A DNA stretch of 64,000 bases from a virus (IMGVR_UViG_3300013105_000002:1-64000), one strand, 5' to 3'; counted from the first letter of the stretch, positions 9,295 to 18,335 are shown. Notes: a model not told the origin generated them from the letters alone. Translations and numbers: made by a program.

Positions 9295-10278
9295 ATGGCG
9301 CTAAAGTACAATCTGGTTCACTACGGTGACCAGTCCAACATCACTGTCGTACTAGATGGTGAAATGTATGTGGCCGACAATGAGCATCCGAACTGGAATG
9401 CAATTGTCAAGGCCGTAGAGGCAGGCGACGAGAGCAATCTCGGTGACCTCTTCGACACCCAGAAGGCTATCGACTCTCGATTCAAGCGTGTTTCTGAGCG
9501 CGTCTCGGTGCGCGGTGGAAAGGTGCTCTTTGATGGTGACGCGGTGCACAACTCGCTCACTGACAAGATCATGCGTTTCCTAGAGGAAGACGTAGAGGAC
9601 TGGCAGCCGCTCGTTGCCTTCATGGAGAAGGTTTACACCAATCCTTCTGAGCACTCTCGTGACCAGTTGTTCGACTTCCTTGCGAGGAACGAGTTCTCTA
9701 TTACCCCTGAAGGCGATATCATCGGCTACAAGGGTCTGTACAGCAACGGTGACGGCACCTTTAAGTCTTGGCACTCTGGTGAGGCATTCGTCAATGGCGA
9801 GTTCCGTGTCGGCCAGATTCACCAGACCTACGGTGACGTTGTGGAAATGCCACGTTCGCAGGTTGTCTTCGATCCTGCTCAGGGCTGCACCGTTGGACTT
9901 CACGTGTCCAACCGTCGCTACGCAACGTCTTACGGTGATCACGTTGTGACCGTTCTGGTCAACCCACGTGACGTGGTTTCTGTTCCGGATCACGATAACT
10001 GGCAGAAGGTTCGTGTCTGCCGCTACACCGTTCTTGAAGACAGCGAGGTCGAACTGACCGATGCCGTCTACGAGCCCAAGCACCGTGCTCCTGTATTCGA
10101 CGTTCAGCCCAACCCGTATGTGGACGCTACGTCTGCATTCGATGAGGACGACGAGGATGAGGATGACGTGTGGGGCGATGGCGAGCCTGACTCGTGGGGT
10201 GACGATGAGGACGATTCGTGGAATCCTCCTTCGTTCCTGACGCAGCACCCATTCTTCGGCAGTAACTGGCCGTTCTGA
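9295..10278 (+). CDS. rIIB-like protein (by size and synteny), acidic DE/W-rich tail
   Basis: GGAG + ATG 9295; 327 aa immediately downstream of GHKL ATPase; C-terminal DEDDEDEDDVWGDGEPDSWGDDEDDSW. Confidence 0.45.
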   Translation: MALKYNLVHYGDQSNITVVLDGEMYVADNEHPNWNAIVKAVEAGDESNLGDLFDTQKAIDSRFKRVSERVSVRGGKVLFDGDAVHNSLTDKIMRFLEEDVEDWQPLVAFMEKVYTNPSEHSRDQLFDFLARNEFSITPEGDIIGYKGLYSNGDGTFKSWHSGEAFVNGEFRVGQIHQTYGDVVEMPRSQVVFDPAQGCTVGLHVSNRRYATSYGDHVVTVLVNPRDVVSVPDHDNWQKVRVCRYTVLEDSEVELTDAVYEPKHRAPVFDVQPNPYVDATSAFDEDDEDEDDVWGDGEPDSWGDDEDDSWNPPSFLTQHPFFGSNWPF

Positions 10279-10284
10279 TTTAGT

Positions 10285-10317
10285 GGAAGGCCGGTAGGTA
10301 AAAACTACCGGCCTTCC
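10285..10317 (+). terminator. rho-independent terminator
   Basis: 13-bp perfect stem ggaaggccggtag / loop gtaaaaa. Confidence 0.6.
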
Positions 10318-10335
10318 CTCTACCAAAGGATATAC

Positions 10336-10647
10336 ATGATTGTAAACATGCACATTCGCAAGGACTTCCAGAAGTGGCTGCTGCCCAAGAGTCCGACTGG
10401 TAGAGTCATGTCTGTGTGTGGCAAGAAGACCCCTGTAAAATTCGCCGGTATCCCCGGTGTGACCAAGCAGGACGCATTCGTCTCAGACAAATACACAGGC
10501 TGGTGCGTGCACTGCTGTGGACAGGCTCTGGACAAGATGAACAAGGCAATGCAGGGAACCAAGACAAACCCGTTCGTGCACAATACCTATGTGCTGGCAA
10601 TGGAGATTTGCGCCAAGCAGATTGTAATGTCCAATACTGGACGTTAG
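10336..10647 (+). CDS. hypothetical Cys-rich protein
   Basis: 103-aa ORF; CVHCCG motif. Confidence 0.45.
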   Translation: MIVNMHIRKDFQKWLLPKSPTGRVMSVCGKKTPVKFAGIPGVTKQDAFVSDKYTGWCVHCCGQALDKMNKAMQGTKTNPFVHNTYVLAMEICAKQIVMSNTGR

Positions 10648-10649
10648 AT

Positions 10650-10678
10650 TTGACATTTGAATAAACCTCCTGTAAACT
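10650..10678 (+). promoter_or_regulatory. sigma70-like promoter TTGACA-17-TAAACT
   Basis: -35 10650-10655, -10 10673-10678, followed by strong RBS GAAGGAGG and ATG 10714. Confidence 0.5.
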
Positions 10679-10713
10679 AAAGACATACTTTAGAAGGAGG
10701 TGTAAACAAAAAT

Positions 10714-10989
10714 ATGGCATACCTAGACACCGTTCGTACGGCAAAGCAGGTTGTTGCAGACCTAGACCCAGCAACATGGGGTGGTACCGATGTAGACGCA
10801 GACGCAAAGTCTCGCGCCGACGCAGCAAACGTTCGTCACGTTTCTTTCATCGACTACGCACAGGCTCTGACCAACTACGAGTCTCGTGATGACGTTGAGA
10901 CTCTGGCTCACCGCCGTGCTCGTGACATTGGCGACCAGTTCTCTGACACTGACTTCGTTCGTGCAGAGGGTTACGACCCATTCGCGTGA
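10714..10989 (+). CDS. hypothetical acidic protein
   Basis: strong RBS GAAGGAGG; 91 aa. Confidence 0.55.
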   Translation: MAYLDTVRTAKQVVADLDPATWGGTDVDADAKSRADAANVRHVSFIDYAQALTNYESRDDVETLAHRRARDIGDQFSDTDFVRAEGYDPFA

Positions 10990-11003
10990 TAAGAATTAAC
11001 GGG

Positions 11004-11031
11004 AGGGCCGGTATGTAAAAGTACCGGCCCT
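11004..11031 (+). terminator. rho-independent terminator
   Basis: stem agggccggta/taccggccct + T-rich tail. Confidence 0.6.
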
Positions 11032-11051
11032 TCTTTTATATAAGGAGTAGT

Positions 11052-11507
11052 ATGAGTAATAACGACTGGGAACCAGACCCGCAGATTGTAGCAGTGGTAG
11101 ATAAGAAAATGGTAGAAGTCAAGCGGCAATTCTTAGACAAGATGAACAATCCTGACGTTGTTGACGGAGACCCAAAGAGGGTGTACGTTGGTGTGAGCCA
11201 TGACAAGGCTCGTCAAATGCTTAGACTTGACTGGGAATTGAATACCGAGGTCATGCCAGATGCTTCCAACGAATTGATTGTGGACCTGATCCTGACTCAA
11301 ATGTCTGTCGATTTCTATGACATTCTAGAGAATGGAGACTCTTCAACTAACTACCCACTTTTGAGTCTTTTTGACGGAAAGAAGAAGGTTGGCAAGGACT
11401 TGGCAGATATTGAACTTGGAGATATTGCAATCTACAAGGAATGGATTCCGAATAAGAAGTCTGTTGAATATACAATCTACACGAGGTTGTCCCCAGTTTG
11501 GGCTTGA
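11052..11507 (+). CDS. hypothetical protein
   Basis: RBS AAGGAG; 151 aa. Confidence 0.55.
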   Translation: MSNNDWEPDPQIVAVVDKKMVEVKRQFLDKMNNPDVVDGDPKRVYVGVSHDKARQMLRLDWELNTEVMPDASNELIVDLILTQMSVDFYDILENGDSSTNYPLLSLFDGKKKVGKDLADIELGDIAIYKEWIPNKKSVEYTIYTRLSPVWA

Positions 11508-11542
11508 CAGCCAATATGTCAGGGTGATACACTTGGCATATT

Positions 11543-11616
11543 GCCTTCTTAGTTCAATGGCAGAATATTTCTTTCGTAATGAAAAGATGCGTGTTCGACT
11601 CACGTAGAAGGCTCCA
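11543..11616 (+). tRNA. tRNA-Thr (anticodon CGT, tentative), encoded CCA
   Basis: acceptor gccttct/agaaggc perfect, T-arm gcgtg-ttcgact-cacgt, anticodon loop ttcgtaa with one stem mismatch. Confidence 0.5.
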
Positions 11617-11642
11617 CCGGGTTCGTATGGTATACTGGCTCT

Positions 11643-12011
11643 ATGGCTTACAAAGACAAGCAACAGCAGCGAGAATTCCAGCGAGCATGGAGAACAAAGA
11701 GAAGGTCAGAGTATTTTCAGGGCAAGTCCTGCGCGGTCTGTGGATCGGTAGAGAGTCTTGAACTGGATCACATCGACCCTTCTCAGAAGAAGTACAACCC
11801 AGCAGCACTGTGGGGAATGTCAGACGACAATCCAAACAAGATCGCTGAGTTTGCCAAGTGTCAGGTTTTGTGTCTGGACCACCACAAGGAAAAGACTAAG
11901 GCTTGGCACGAGGCCAATAGAAGCCACGGAAGATCGTGGTACGCATATGGATGCAAGTGTGATATTTGTGTAGAGGCTCAAAGGCTACACAACGCACAGA
12001 GGTATTCATAG
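11643..12011 (+). CDS. HNH homing endonuclease
   Basis: CAVCGS...LELDHIDP...NLQ-like...CLDHH motifs; inserted between two tRNA-Thr genes. Confidence 0.8.
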   Translation: MAYKDKQQQREFQRAWRTKRRSEYFQGKSCAVCGSVESLELDHIDPSQKKYNPAALWGMSDDNPNKIAEFAKCQVLCLDHHKEKTKAWHEANRSHGRSWYAYGCKCDICVEAQRLHNAQRYS

Positions 12012-12017
12012 CGGATT

Positions 12018-12089
12018 GCCCCGTTAGTTTAAATGGTATAACTTGTCCTTGGTACGGACAGATTACGTGTTCGATTCACGTACGGGGCT
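12018..12089 (+). tRNA. tRNA-Thr (anticodon GGT)
   Basis: acceptor gccccgt/acggggc, anticodon stem tgtcc/ggaca loop ttggtac, T-arm acgtg-ttcgatt-cacgt. Confidence 0.7.
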
Positions 12090-12146
12090 CGCGCCAGCGC
12101 CCGCTGGTTGTTTCGCAAGATTGACTCCAAAAAGGAGAAACACACT

Positions 12147-12371
12147 ATGAAGCACAATTACCTTAACCCCAAGCAGGCCCACAAGTACGTTGCTGACAAC
12201 GCTGAGAAGGGCAAGGATATTTTCTGGGATGGCTGGGATATCGTCATCTTCAAGAGGAACCCAAGCGGTTACATGGTAAAGAACGGAATGTTCCGTAACG
12301 GTCAGTGGGGAACCACTCGACGCGTCAAGGTTTCGGATCGCGGTACGTGGAGGCTTCCGGTTACGCCGTGA
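12147..12371 (+). CDS. hypothetical protein
   Basis: RBS AAAGGAG + ATG 12147; 74 aa. Confidence 0.5.
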   Translation: MKHNYLNPKQAHKYVADNAEKGKDIFWDGWDIVIFKRNPSGYMVKNGMFRNGQWGTTRRVKVSDRGTWRLPVTP

Positions 12372-12682
12372 ACTTTCTAGAGCAGTTGGGTCTTGACCCC
12401 GAGACATTCACATGGCACGATCTTGCCCTATGTGATGGCATTCCGGATGCCGACATGTACTTTGACAAGTACGAGAACGACAAAACGATAGCCAAGCAGA
12501 TAGATGAGATGTGCCTTCATTGCCCAGTGCTGAAGCAATGTGCTGAGACCGGCATGAAGAATCGTGAGCGTGGCGTCTGGGGAGGCATTTACTGGAATGG
12601 TTCAGGAAAGCCTGACGCTAACTTCAATGCTCATAAGAGCGAAGAGACGTGGGGAAAGATCAGGGAGAGGCTTAGCGAATGA
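12368..12682 (+). CDS. whiB: WhiB-family transcription regulator (Fe-S)
   Basis: 4 Cys C-x(n)-CLHCPVLKQC and GVWGG turn motif; GTGA overlap start (start uncertain). Confidence 0.7.
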   Translation: MNFLEQLGLDPETFTWHDLALCDGIPDADMYFDKYENDKTIAKQIDEMCLHCPVLKQCAETGMKNRERGVWGGIYWNGSGKPDANFNAHKSEETWGKIRERLSE

Positions 12683-12951
12683 TCAATATGTTTCACTCCG
12701 AGGAATATCGGAACCAGACAATCGCTGAGGTAATTCAATCGACACCCCCGCCCTACAAAAGCGTCAAGGCAAGAATTGTTCCGGACCCAGAGGGAGACCC
12801 GTGTCTCTATCTGGTACTCTTTCTAGAGAACTTTGCAGCCCACAGCACAGCGCAGCAAACCAGCATTGGCGAGTGGGCCGGTGTTGTGATCACTAAAATC
12901 CGAGACAAGGGCATCCCTTGCTATCTCATGAGAATTAAGGACATTGAATGA
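12679..12951 (+). CDS. hypothetical protein
   Basis: 90-aa ORF, ATGA overlap. Confidence 0.5.
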   Translation: MINMFHSEEYRNQTIAEVIQSTPPPYKSVKARIVPDPEGDPCLYLVLFLENFAAHSTAQQTSIGEWAGVVITKIRDKGIPCYLMRIKDIE

Positions 12952-13172
12952 AGTGCAGTTCATGCGGTAAGGACAAGAATAGCCTTACACCGAAGAAGTC
13001 CAAACTGTCAGGAACGCCAATATTCCTATGTGGAGAGTGCATTGAGAAGAAGCGTGAACCACGCTATCTCATCATCATCTACGGACGTGCAAACGGATTC
13101 GATTCGGTGGCTGAGTACGTCAAGCAGCAGCGCTACGTTGGAGACAAGATTCTAGCAGAAGAGTTTGTCTGA
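12948..13172 (+). CDS. zinc-ribbon protein
   Basis: CSSCG...CGEC; ATGA overlap. Confidence 0.5.
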   Translation: MKCSSCGKDKNSLTPKKSKLSGTPIFLCGECIEKKREPRYLIIIYGRANGFDSVAEYVKQQRYVGDKILAEEFV

Positions 13173-13211
13173 ACGCTGACATTAGTAAAATGTTAGTCAA
13201 GTTTGCCTTCG

Positions 13212-13240
13212 TTGACTTTTGACGAATATCACCATATACT
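13212..13240 (+). promoter_or_regulatory. sigma70-like promoter TTGACT-17-TATACT; leaderless start
   Basis: -35 13212-13217, -10 13235-13240, ATG 13247 sits 7 nt after -10. Confidence 0.5.
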
Positions 13241-13246
13241 TGTGGT

Positions 13247-13657
13247 ATGTCTAGACTGTCAAAAACATTGCTATGGATGGAGGAACACCCGGAATACCTG
13301 ATTCAAGTGTTCCTCGCGGTGACGCTTACCGCTACCGGCCTTTACATCGCCGGTCCATGGTATGTTGGTGGAGGAACCACCGCAGTGGGCGTACTCTCGG
13401 ACTCTTTGATCGGTCATACGGTCATTGGTCTGGGGTATGCCGCTGCCGGTGGTGTGGCCTTGTATGGAGTGGCAAAGAACTCCATAACTGCAAGGTACTG
13501 GGGAACCATGGCTCTATTTGGTTCCTTCTTCTTCATGACCCTACTTCGGCTTTTGACGATTGGTTTCACCCCGATCATCTGGCTGCTAGTCCTGTGTCTG
13601 GCATTTATCTCAGGACTCCTACACATCGTAGAGTCACGCAGGAGAGCCCGTGGCTAA
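13247..13657 (+). CDS. membrane protein (3-4 TM helices)
   Basis: hydrophobic 136-aa ORF. Confidence 0.55.
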   Translation: MSRLSKTLLWMEEHPEYLIQVFLAVTLTATGLYIAGPWYVGGGTTAVGVLSDSLIGHTVIGLGYAAAGGVALYGVAKNSITARYWGTMALFGSFFFMTLLRLLTIGFTPIIWLLVLCLAFISGLLHIVESRRRARG

Positions 13658-14021
13658 CATGAATGACTGGCTGATCCCGGTCCTAACTTTTCTCGGCACC
13701 GTCTTTGCAGGTGCTGGTCTAAAGTGGATTGAAGGCTGGCTGAAGAAGGCCAAGGACAAGGATGACACCGCCACCAATCTTCGTAATGAACTGCGCGGTG
13801 AGTTGACCAGTCTGAAGGCAGAGATTCAGCAGACGGAAAAGGAACTTGACGAATGGAAGGGCAAGTATTATCTTCTGATCGAACAATATTTGTCTGTGCG
13901 CTCTCAGTTGGAGACAGCCAAGAGCCTATTGAACAATGCAGGCATCCAAGTGCCTGAGGTTCCTACCTTGACACCCGCTCAGGTGTCTGCTACCATGGAC
14001 CCTAAGATCACCCCAGAGTGA
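13650..14021 (+). CDS. membrane-anchored coiled-coil protein (holin-like?)
   Basis: N-terminal TM + coiled coil; 123 aa. Confidence 0.5.
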   Translation: MANMNDWLIPVLTFLGTVFAGAGLKWIEGWLKKAKDKDDTATNLRNELRGELTSLKAEIQQTEKELDEWKGKYYLLIEQYLSVRSQLETAKSLLNNAGIQVPEVPTLTPAQVSATMDPKITPE

Positions 14022-14104
14022 TCTTCATGCCCTATTGGAGTAGAAGTAACTCGTTAGACCCTCAATCTAAAGTCCTCGGAGCGTTACCGGGATAGGGTAC
14101 CCAC

Positions 14105-14133
14105 TTGACACCCAGTCTGACAACTGTTAGGCT
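14105..14133 (+). promoter_or_regulatory. sigma70-like promoter TTGACA-17-TAGGCT
   Basis: -35 14105-14110, -10 14128-14133; RBS AAGGAG then ATG 14169. Confidence 0.45.
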
Positions 14134-14168
14134 GTGTCCATCATCAGTTCCAAACCTAAGGAGCACAC

Positions 14169-14396
14169 ATGGCACTCACCAAGCCTCCCGTTGGCACTCG
14201 TGTTCGTCACCTGACTTTCAACGGTGACGACCATGGGCGTATGGACTACCTCGCCGTGGAGGAAATTTACGGCACCGTTGTCCCCGATCCCGAGGGCTAC
14301 AGCGATCGTATCAAGCGCATGTATCTCGATGTGCTTTTCGATGACGGCACCGCCGTGCTGTACATGGATGACTCTGAGTTTGAGGTGGCGAAGTGA
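14169..14396 (+). CDS. hypothetical protein
   Basis: RBS AAGGAG; 75 aa. Confidence 0.55.
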   Translation: MALTKPPVGTRVRHLTFNGDDHGRMDYLAVEEIYGTVVPDPEGYSDRIKRMYLDVLFDDGTAVLYMDDSEFEVAK

Positions 14397-14566
14397 CCAT
14401 CAAGCAGATGTTCTACACCATGTACACTGCTGGTATGGTGTGCATTCTGATCACCAGCATTCCATCCACCAACCCGCTTTATGGCATCATCGCAACGCTG
14501 GTCATGCTGGCCGTTGCGCTGGTTGTCTACCTGCTCGTCTTCGCAGGAGGTACGCACCGTGGATAG
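14393..14566 (+). CDS. small membrane protein (57 aa)
   Basis: GTGA overlap; two hydrophobic helices; below ORF-track cutoff. Confidence 0.35.
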   Translation: MTIKQMFYTMYTAGMVCILITSIPSTNPLYGIIATLVMLAVALVVYLLVFAGGTHRG

Positions 14567-15050
14567 TCTATACGGCAAGGAATCGTACTCACAGTCCAAG
14601 TGTATTTTCCTCGCTGGTCCCATCGAGGCTTGGTGGGACACTCCTGAGAATCCCAATATGTGGAATTCTCCTGAGGCGGTGGCGTATCGAGAGCATCGCA
14701 CAAAGGTGGCTGACGCACTGGTTGCTGAAGGCTTCCTTGTGTACCGCCCGTGGGGTGCGTTCCGTGGAGACTGGAATGAGAAGTTCCAAGGTGTCAATGA
14801 CTATGTGCTTCTGCGTTCAGATGCAGTCACAGAACTGACACCGCCGAACACACCAGCGGTCGGTACGCGTCATGAGGTTGGCCTAGCACTTCGTAACAAG
14901 ATTCCTGTCATCGGCTTCCCTCCCGTTCCACCGGAGCACTTTGATCGATTCATGGAGCATCACATCAAGTACACGATTGATGCAATCGACAGGTGGGCGG
15001 TGTACCGTCAGGAGGCTCTTGACAGGGGCGATCTGCCTGTGCTAGACTAA
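14559..15050 (+). CDS. nucleoside 2-deoxyribosyltransferase-like protein
   Basis: GGAGG + GTG 14559; IFLAGPIE motif typical of nucleoside deoxyribosyltransferase family. Confidence 0.55.
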   Translation: MDSLYGKESYSQSKCIFLAGPIEAWWDTPENPNMWNSPEAVAYREHRTKVADALVAEGFLVYRPWGAFRGDWNEKFQGVNDYVLLRSDAVTELTPPNTPAVGTRHEVGLALRNKIPVIGFPPVPPEHFDRFMEHHIKYTIDAIDRWAVYRQEALDRGDLPVLD

Positions 15051-15065
15051 TACAACTGAATAATT

Positions 15066-15136
15066 GGGATATAGATGTTGTGGCCGCATGTCACCTTGCC
15101 ATGGTGATCGCACGGGTTCGATTCCCGTATATCCCT
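15066..15136 (+). tRNA. tRNA-Gly (anticodon GCC)
   Basis: acceptor gggatat/atatccc, anticodon stem tcacc/ggtga loop ttgccat, T-arm acggg-ttcgatt-cccgt. Confidence 0.75.
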
Positions 15137-15138
15137 CT

Positions 15139-15210
15139 GAGTCCGAGCCGGAGGCATCAGGAGTTGCACTGTGACTGCAATTATCGTGGGTTCGAATCCC
15201 ACCGGACTCC
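15139..15210 (+). tRNA. tRNA-His (anticodon GTG)
   Basis: acceptor gagtccg/cggactc, anticodon stem ttgca/tgcaa loop ctgtgac, T-arm gtggg-ttcgaat-cccac. Confidence 0.7.
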
Positions 15211-15227
15211 CTCAATAAAGGAGAATC

Positions 15228-15407
15228 ATGTATTGGAAGTTGGACGCTGAAATTTGGCGTGACGAAGAGGGCGGTGTAGTATACTACGTCGCCCAAAACT
15301 TTTCTGAAGACGGCTCAGACCCCGAGGTGCTGGCCAGCGGAGAAGCGACAGACGAGGAAGATGCCCGCAAGCAAGTCTTTCAGGCAATATCTGAGGTCTG
15401 CAAGTGA
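15228..15407 (+). CDS. hypothetical acidic protein (59 aa)
   Basis: strong RBS AAAGGAG; below track cutoff; GTGA overlap with next gene. Confidence 0.4.
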   Translation: MYWKLDAEIWRDEEGGVVYYVAQNFSEDGSDPEVLASGEATDEEDARKQVFQAISEVCK

Positions 15408-15631
15408 AGTTGGAAGAGGAACTAGAGTCCCATTTCATTGTGAACAACTATCAATGGAAGGTTGACGGAGAACTGGTTACACCTTCCGCCGATGACATTA
15501 GAAAGGTCATCGACCGTTGCAAGGAAATGCTTGGCGACGGTGGACAGATTGAAGTAGCGCGTCTCATCGTCCGAAGAGAGCGCAAGGAAGACCCATTCGA
15601 CATTTATGTCCATGTAGGAAATGAGGAATAA
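15404..15631 (+). CDS. hypothetical protein
   Basis: 75-aa ORF. Confidence 0.5.
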   Translation: MKLEEELESHFIVNNYQWKVDGELVTPSADDIRKVIDRCKEMLGDGGQIEVARLIVRRERKEDPFDIYVHVGNEE

Positions 15632-15632
15632 C

Positions 15633-16091
15633 ATGCAGGCTTATGAGACTTTTGTCTTCACCGATTACTCTGTCTTTGACTCCACCGCACTTCGTCGTGC
15701 GTGGTACAACAAGGACACAAACCGTCTTGTCGTGCAGTTCCGTGAGCGCGACAACTACGCAGGCTACAATGATGTTTCCCCCGACGAGTGGCAGGCCCTA
15801 AAGACTGCTCAGTCCGTTGGTGCATTCTACGCTTACAGCATCAAGCCGCGCAAGTCTGGATTCAGCACGCCGGATGAAATCCTGTTTGAGCGTCACTTCG
15901 ACCGCCCGGTGCAGAAGGTGGAAATCAAGGATTCTCCCACGTTCAAGGTCACCGCTCGTGTCTCTGCTGAGACGAGTGTAGACATTGCCGCTGGGAATAT
16001 TCAGGAGGCGATTGACGCTTTCACCAAGCGACTCGTTGAGGGTCTGGGCGAGAGCGTAGAAATTGATATCAAGGGAGTAGTTAGGAATTGA
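15633..16091 (+). CDS. hypothetical protein (possible KTSC-like domain)
   Basis: RBS GAGGA + ATG 15633. Confidence 0.5.
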   Translation: MQAYETFVFTDYSVFDSTALRRAWYNKDTNRLVVQFRERDNYAGYNDVSPDEWQALKTAQSVGAFYAYSIKPRKSGFSTPDEILFERHFDRPVQKVEIKDSPTFKVTARVSAETSVDIAAGNIQEAIDAFTKRLVEGLGESVEIDIKGVVRN

Positions 16092-16417
16092 CAGTAGTTG
16101 AAGTATCGAGTCTAGAAGGTCTAAACACCATCTTGACAAGCAATGATCAGGTTGTGGTAGACTTCGCAGCGCCTGCTTGGTGTGTACCGTGTCAGAGATT
16201 GGCACCACACTATGAGAAGGTGGCTGAGAAGTCTGAGGACGGGACAGTATTCGTGTCTGTAGATATTGACACGGCTGACGCCGATCTGGTAGGCTCCTAT
16301 CAGATTCAGTCGGTGCCCACCGTTCTGGCATTCAAGGCTGGTCAACCAGTCGGGCCGGTAGAAGGTAAGACTGGTCCAAAAATCATCAAAGAACTAGACG
16401 CTCTATTTAAGGAGTAA
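16088..16417 (+). CDS. thioredoxin
   Basis: WCVPC active-site motif in thioredoxin-fold context. Confidence 0.8.
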   Translation: MTVVEVSSLEGLNTILTSNDQVVVDFAAPAWCVPCQRLAPHYEKVAEKSEDGTVFVSVDIDTADADLVGSYQIQSVPTVLAFKAGQPVGPVEGKTGPKIIKELDALFKE

Positions 16418-16419
16418 GC

Positions 16420-16560
16420 ATGAACGCTCTACGCGATGCAGTTATCTCGCTAGTATATCTGGCAGGAGTCCCAACGCTTGCGTGGGGCGTTTCTGCTGCC
16501 ATCGACAAGGTTGGCGACTTCTTCAGGAAGGATGACAGCAATGATTCAACTGATCACTGA
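16420..16560 (+). CDS. small hydrophobic protein (46 aa)
   Basis: strong RBS AAGGAG 7 nt before ATG 16420. Confidence 0.3.
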   Translation: MNALRDAVISLVYLAGVPTLAWGVSAAIDKVGDFFRKDDSNDSTDH

Positions 16561-16813
16561 CAATTATGTGTGGATCACGGTAACCATCGCAATTCTTGCG
16601 GCTGCTGCCTTTATCGTCTGCTTCATTTGCAGACTTGACCACCGCGCAGGCTCCAAGAACAGGGCCATTCTGGCTATGTGGAGTCTTCGTTGGCTGGCTG
16701 TGTCGGCAACGTCTCCGCTCTGGCCTCTTGCGCTGCCTGTCGCTGTCCTGTATGGTGTGTGGAACGCGGTCAAAATCTGCCGTGCTGAGATTAAGGGAGA
16801 GGTGCCCGCATGA
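16532..16813 (+). CDS. small membrane protein, PLWP-motif paralog 1
   Basis: TM helices; SPLWPLALPVAVLYGVW. Confidence 0.5.
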   Translation: MTAMIQLITDNYVWITVTIAILAAAAFIVCFICRLDHRAGSKNRAILAMWSLRWLAVSATSPLWPLALPVAVLYGVWNAVKICRAEIKGEVPA

Positions 16814-17121
16814 TGTGGTTCTATCTGGTTCCGGCCATTATCGGGGTGGTTGTTTCCACCATCTGTGTCGTCGTAAACTACATTGACTGGAAGAGTGCAA
16901 TCAAGAATCTGGCAAGGTCACGCCGTGGCGGTATGTACTCCGTGGAAGAGAGAAAGCAGATGCTTGCACGTGGCGCATACCTGCTGAAAATGTCTTTCAG
17001 GTGGCTGATCATTTCTCTGTTCTGGCCGCTGGTTCCCCTCTGGGGCATCTACTGGCTTTTCAAGAACCTGCCTCAGATTTCTCGTCAGGTCAACAGCCAC
17101 ATTGCGGGTGAGTTTGAGTGA
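16810..17121 (+). CDS. small membrane protein, PLWP-motif paralog 2
   Basis: FWPLVPLWGIYWLF; ATGA overlap. Confidence 0.5.
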   Translation: MMWFYLVPAIIGVVVSTICVVVNYIDWKSAIKNLARSRRGGMYSVEERKQMLARGAYLLKMSFRWLIISLFWPLVPLWGIYWLFKNLPQISRQVNSHIAGEFE

Positions 17122-17381
17122 TTCTCTACATGTGGTTCAGCATCATCGCCACCGTTATTCTGGCTGTACACGCAGTCATCGCTGTGGTAGAGTGGTCAAG
17201 CGCTAGGAACGGTGGCTACAGCCGTGACCGCGTAGAAGTTGCCAAGCGTGCAACCTACGCCAAGTGGTCGATTGTAGCAATTCTGGCTGGCCCGCTGTGG
17301 CCGGTTGCCGTGCCCACAGTTGTGGTGTATGGTTTGTTCCGACTCTTCAGAGCACTGAACGACTCTGAGAAGACCAACTAA
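17118..17381 (+). CDS. small membrane protein, PLWP-motif paralog 3
   Basis: GPLWPVAVPTVVVYGLF; GTGA/ATGA overlap. Confidence 0.5.
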   Translation: MILYMWFSIIATVILAVHAVIAVVEWSSARNGGYSRDRVEVAKRATYAKWSIVAILAGPLWPVAVPTVVVYGLFRLFRALNDSEKTN

Positions 17382-17390
17382 GGAGAAACA

Positions 17391-18323
17391 ATGAAGCGAA
17401 TTATCAAGGGGCTCGCCGCTGGCGTCCTCGCTGTCGGTGTCATGTTCGGTACCGGAGCCTGTACTGTTCCGAGCACGTCCGGTGACGAGATTCTTGTCCA
17501 CCGTGGCGGCGGCGTGTTTGAGGACCAGTCCCCGAAGGGCTGTATCAACCCCGCTCAGCGCAGCGTGGAGGGTCCGGGTGACAACTACTACTCGTATCCC
17601 GCAAATCAGCGGACCTACAACTTCAATTCTGGTCAGGACGCCGATGGTCCTCCGATTGAGGTTGTGTCCAAGGATGGTCAGCGTCTGGCCATTTCTGGTA
17701 CGCTCTCGTTCAACCTGAACACGGACTGTAATGTCCTTCAGGCTTTCCACACCAAGGTGGGTAACCGTGAGCACGCTTACTTCGACAACTTCCCCGAGAC
17801 GCCTGCGGGCTGGGTGAAGGTTCTGAACACCTACATGCGACCGGCTCTAGATGCCACGCTTGACCGTACTGCAAAGCAGTATGACTGGCGTACGCTGTAT
17901 CAGGACGTGACGATCAAGGACAAGATGAATCAGGACGTGAATGACCAGATTCTCCGCCTCGTCAATGACCGTTTTGAGGGCAACGAGCAGTTCTTCATCA
18001 ACTTCTCTTCTCTGATTCTTCAGCCTCAGGCAGATGCCGACATGCTGAAGACTGTAAAGGACAATGAACTGTCCAAGGCTCAGGCTGCTGCTACCGAGTC
18101 CAAGGCAAAGGCAGATGCTGCCGCTGCTGAGGCCGCTGCAAAGTCTCAGGTCGCGCAGAAGGAAGCCGAGTTGAAGGTTGCCGAGATTCAGGCAAAGATC
18201 AAGCGCGCAGAGATTGACGCTTACGGTGGTATCAAGGATTACAACAACAACCTTGCCATCGAGAAGGGTCTTAACCCGTTCCAGCCGACCTACGGTGGAA
18301 GCGTTCTGACTCCTGCAAAGTGA
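17391..18323 (+). CDS. secreted lipoprotein with C-terminal coiled coil
   Basis: signal peptide + lipobox-like FGTGAC; Ala/Lys/Glu-rich coiled coil. Confidence 0.6.
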   Translation: MKRIIKGLAAGVLAVGVMFGTGACTVPSTSGDEILVHRGGGVFEDQSPKGCINPAQRSVEGPGDNYYSYPANQRTYNFNSGQDADGPPIEVVSKDGQRLAISGTLSFNLNTDCNVLQAFHTKVGNREHAYFDNFPETPAGWVKVLNTYMRPALDATLDRTAKQYDWRTLYQDVTIKDKMNQDVNDQILRLVNDRFEGNEQFFINFSSLILQPQADADMLKTVKDNELSKAQAAATESKAKADAAAAEAAAKSQVAQKEAELKVAEIQAKIKRAEIDAYGGIKDYNNNLAIEKGLNPFQPTYGGSVLTPAK

Positions 18324-18335
18324 CCTGAAGTAGTT

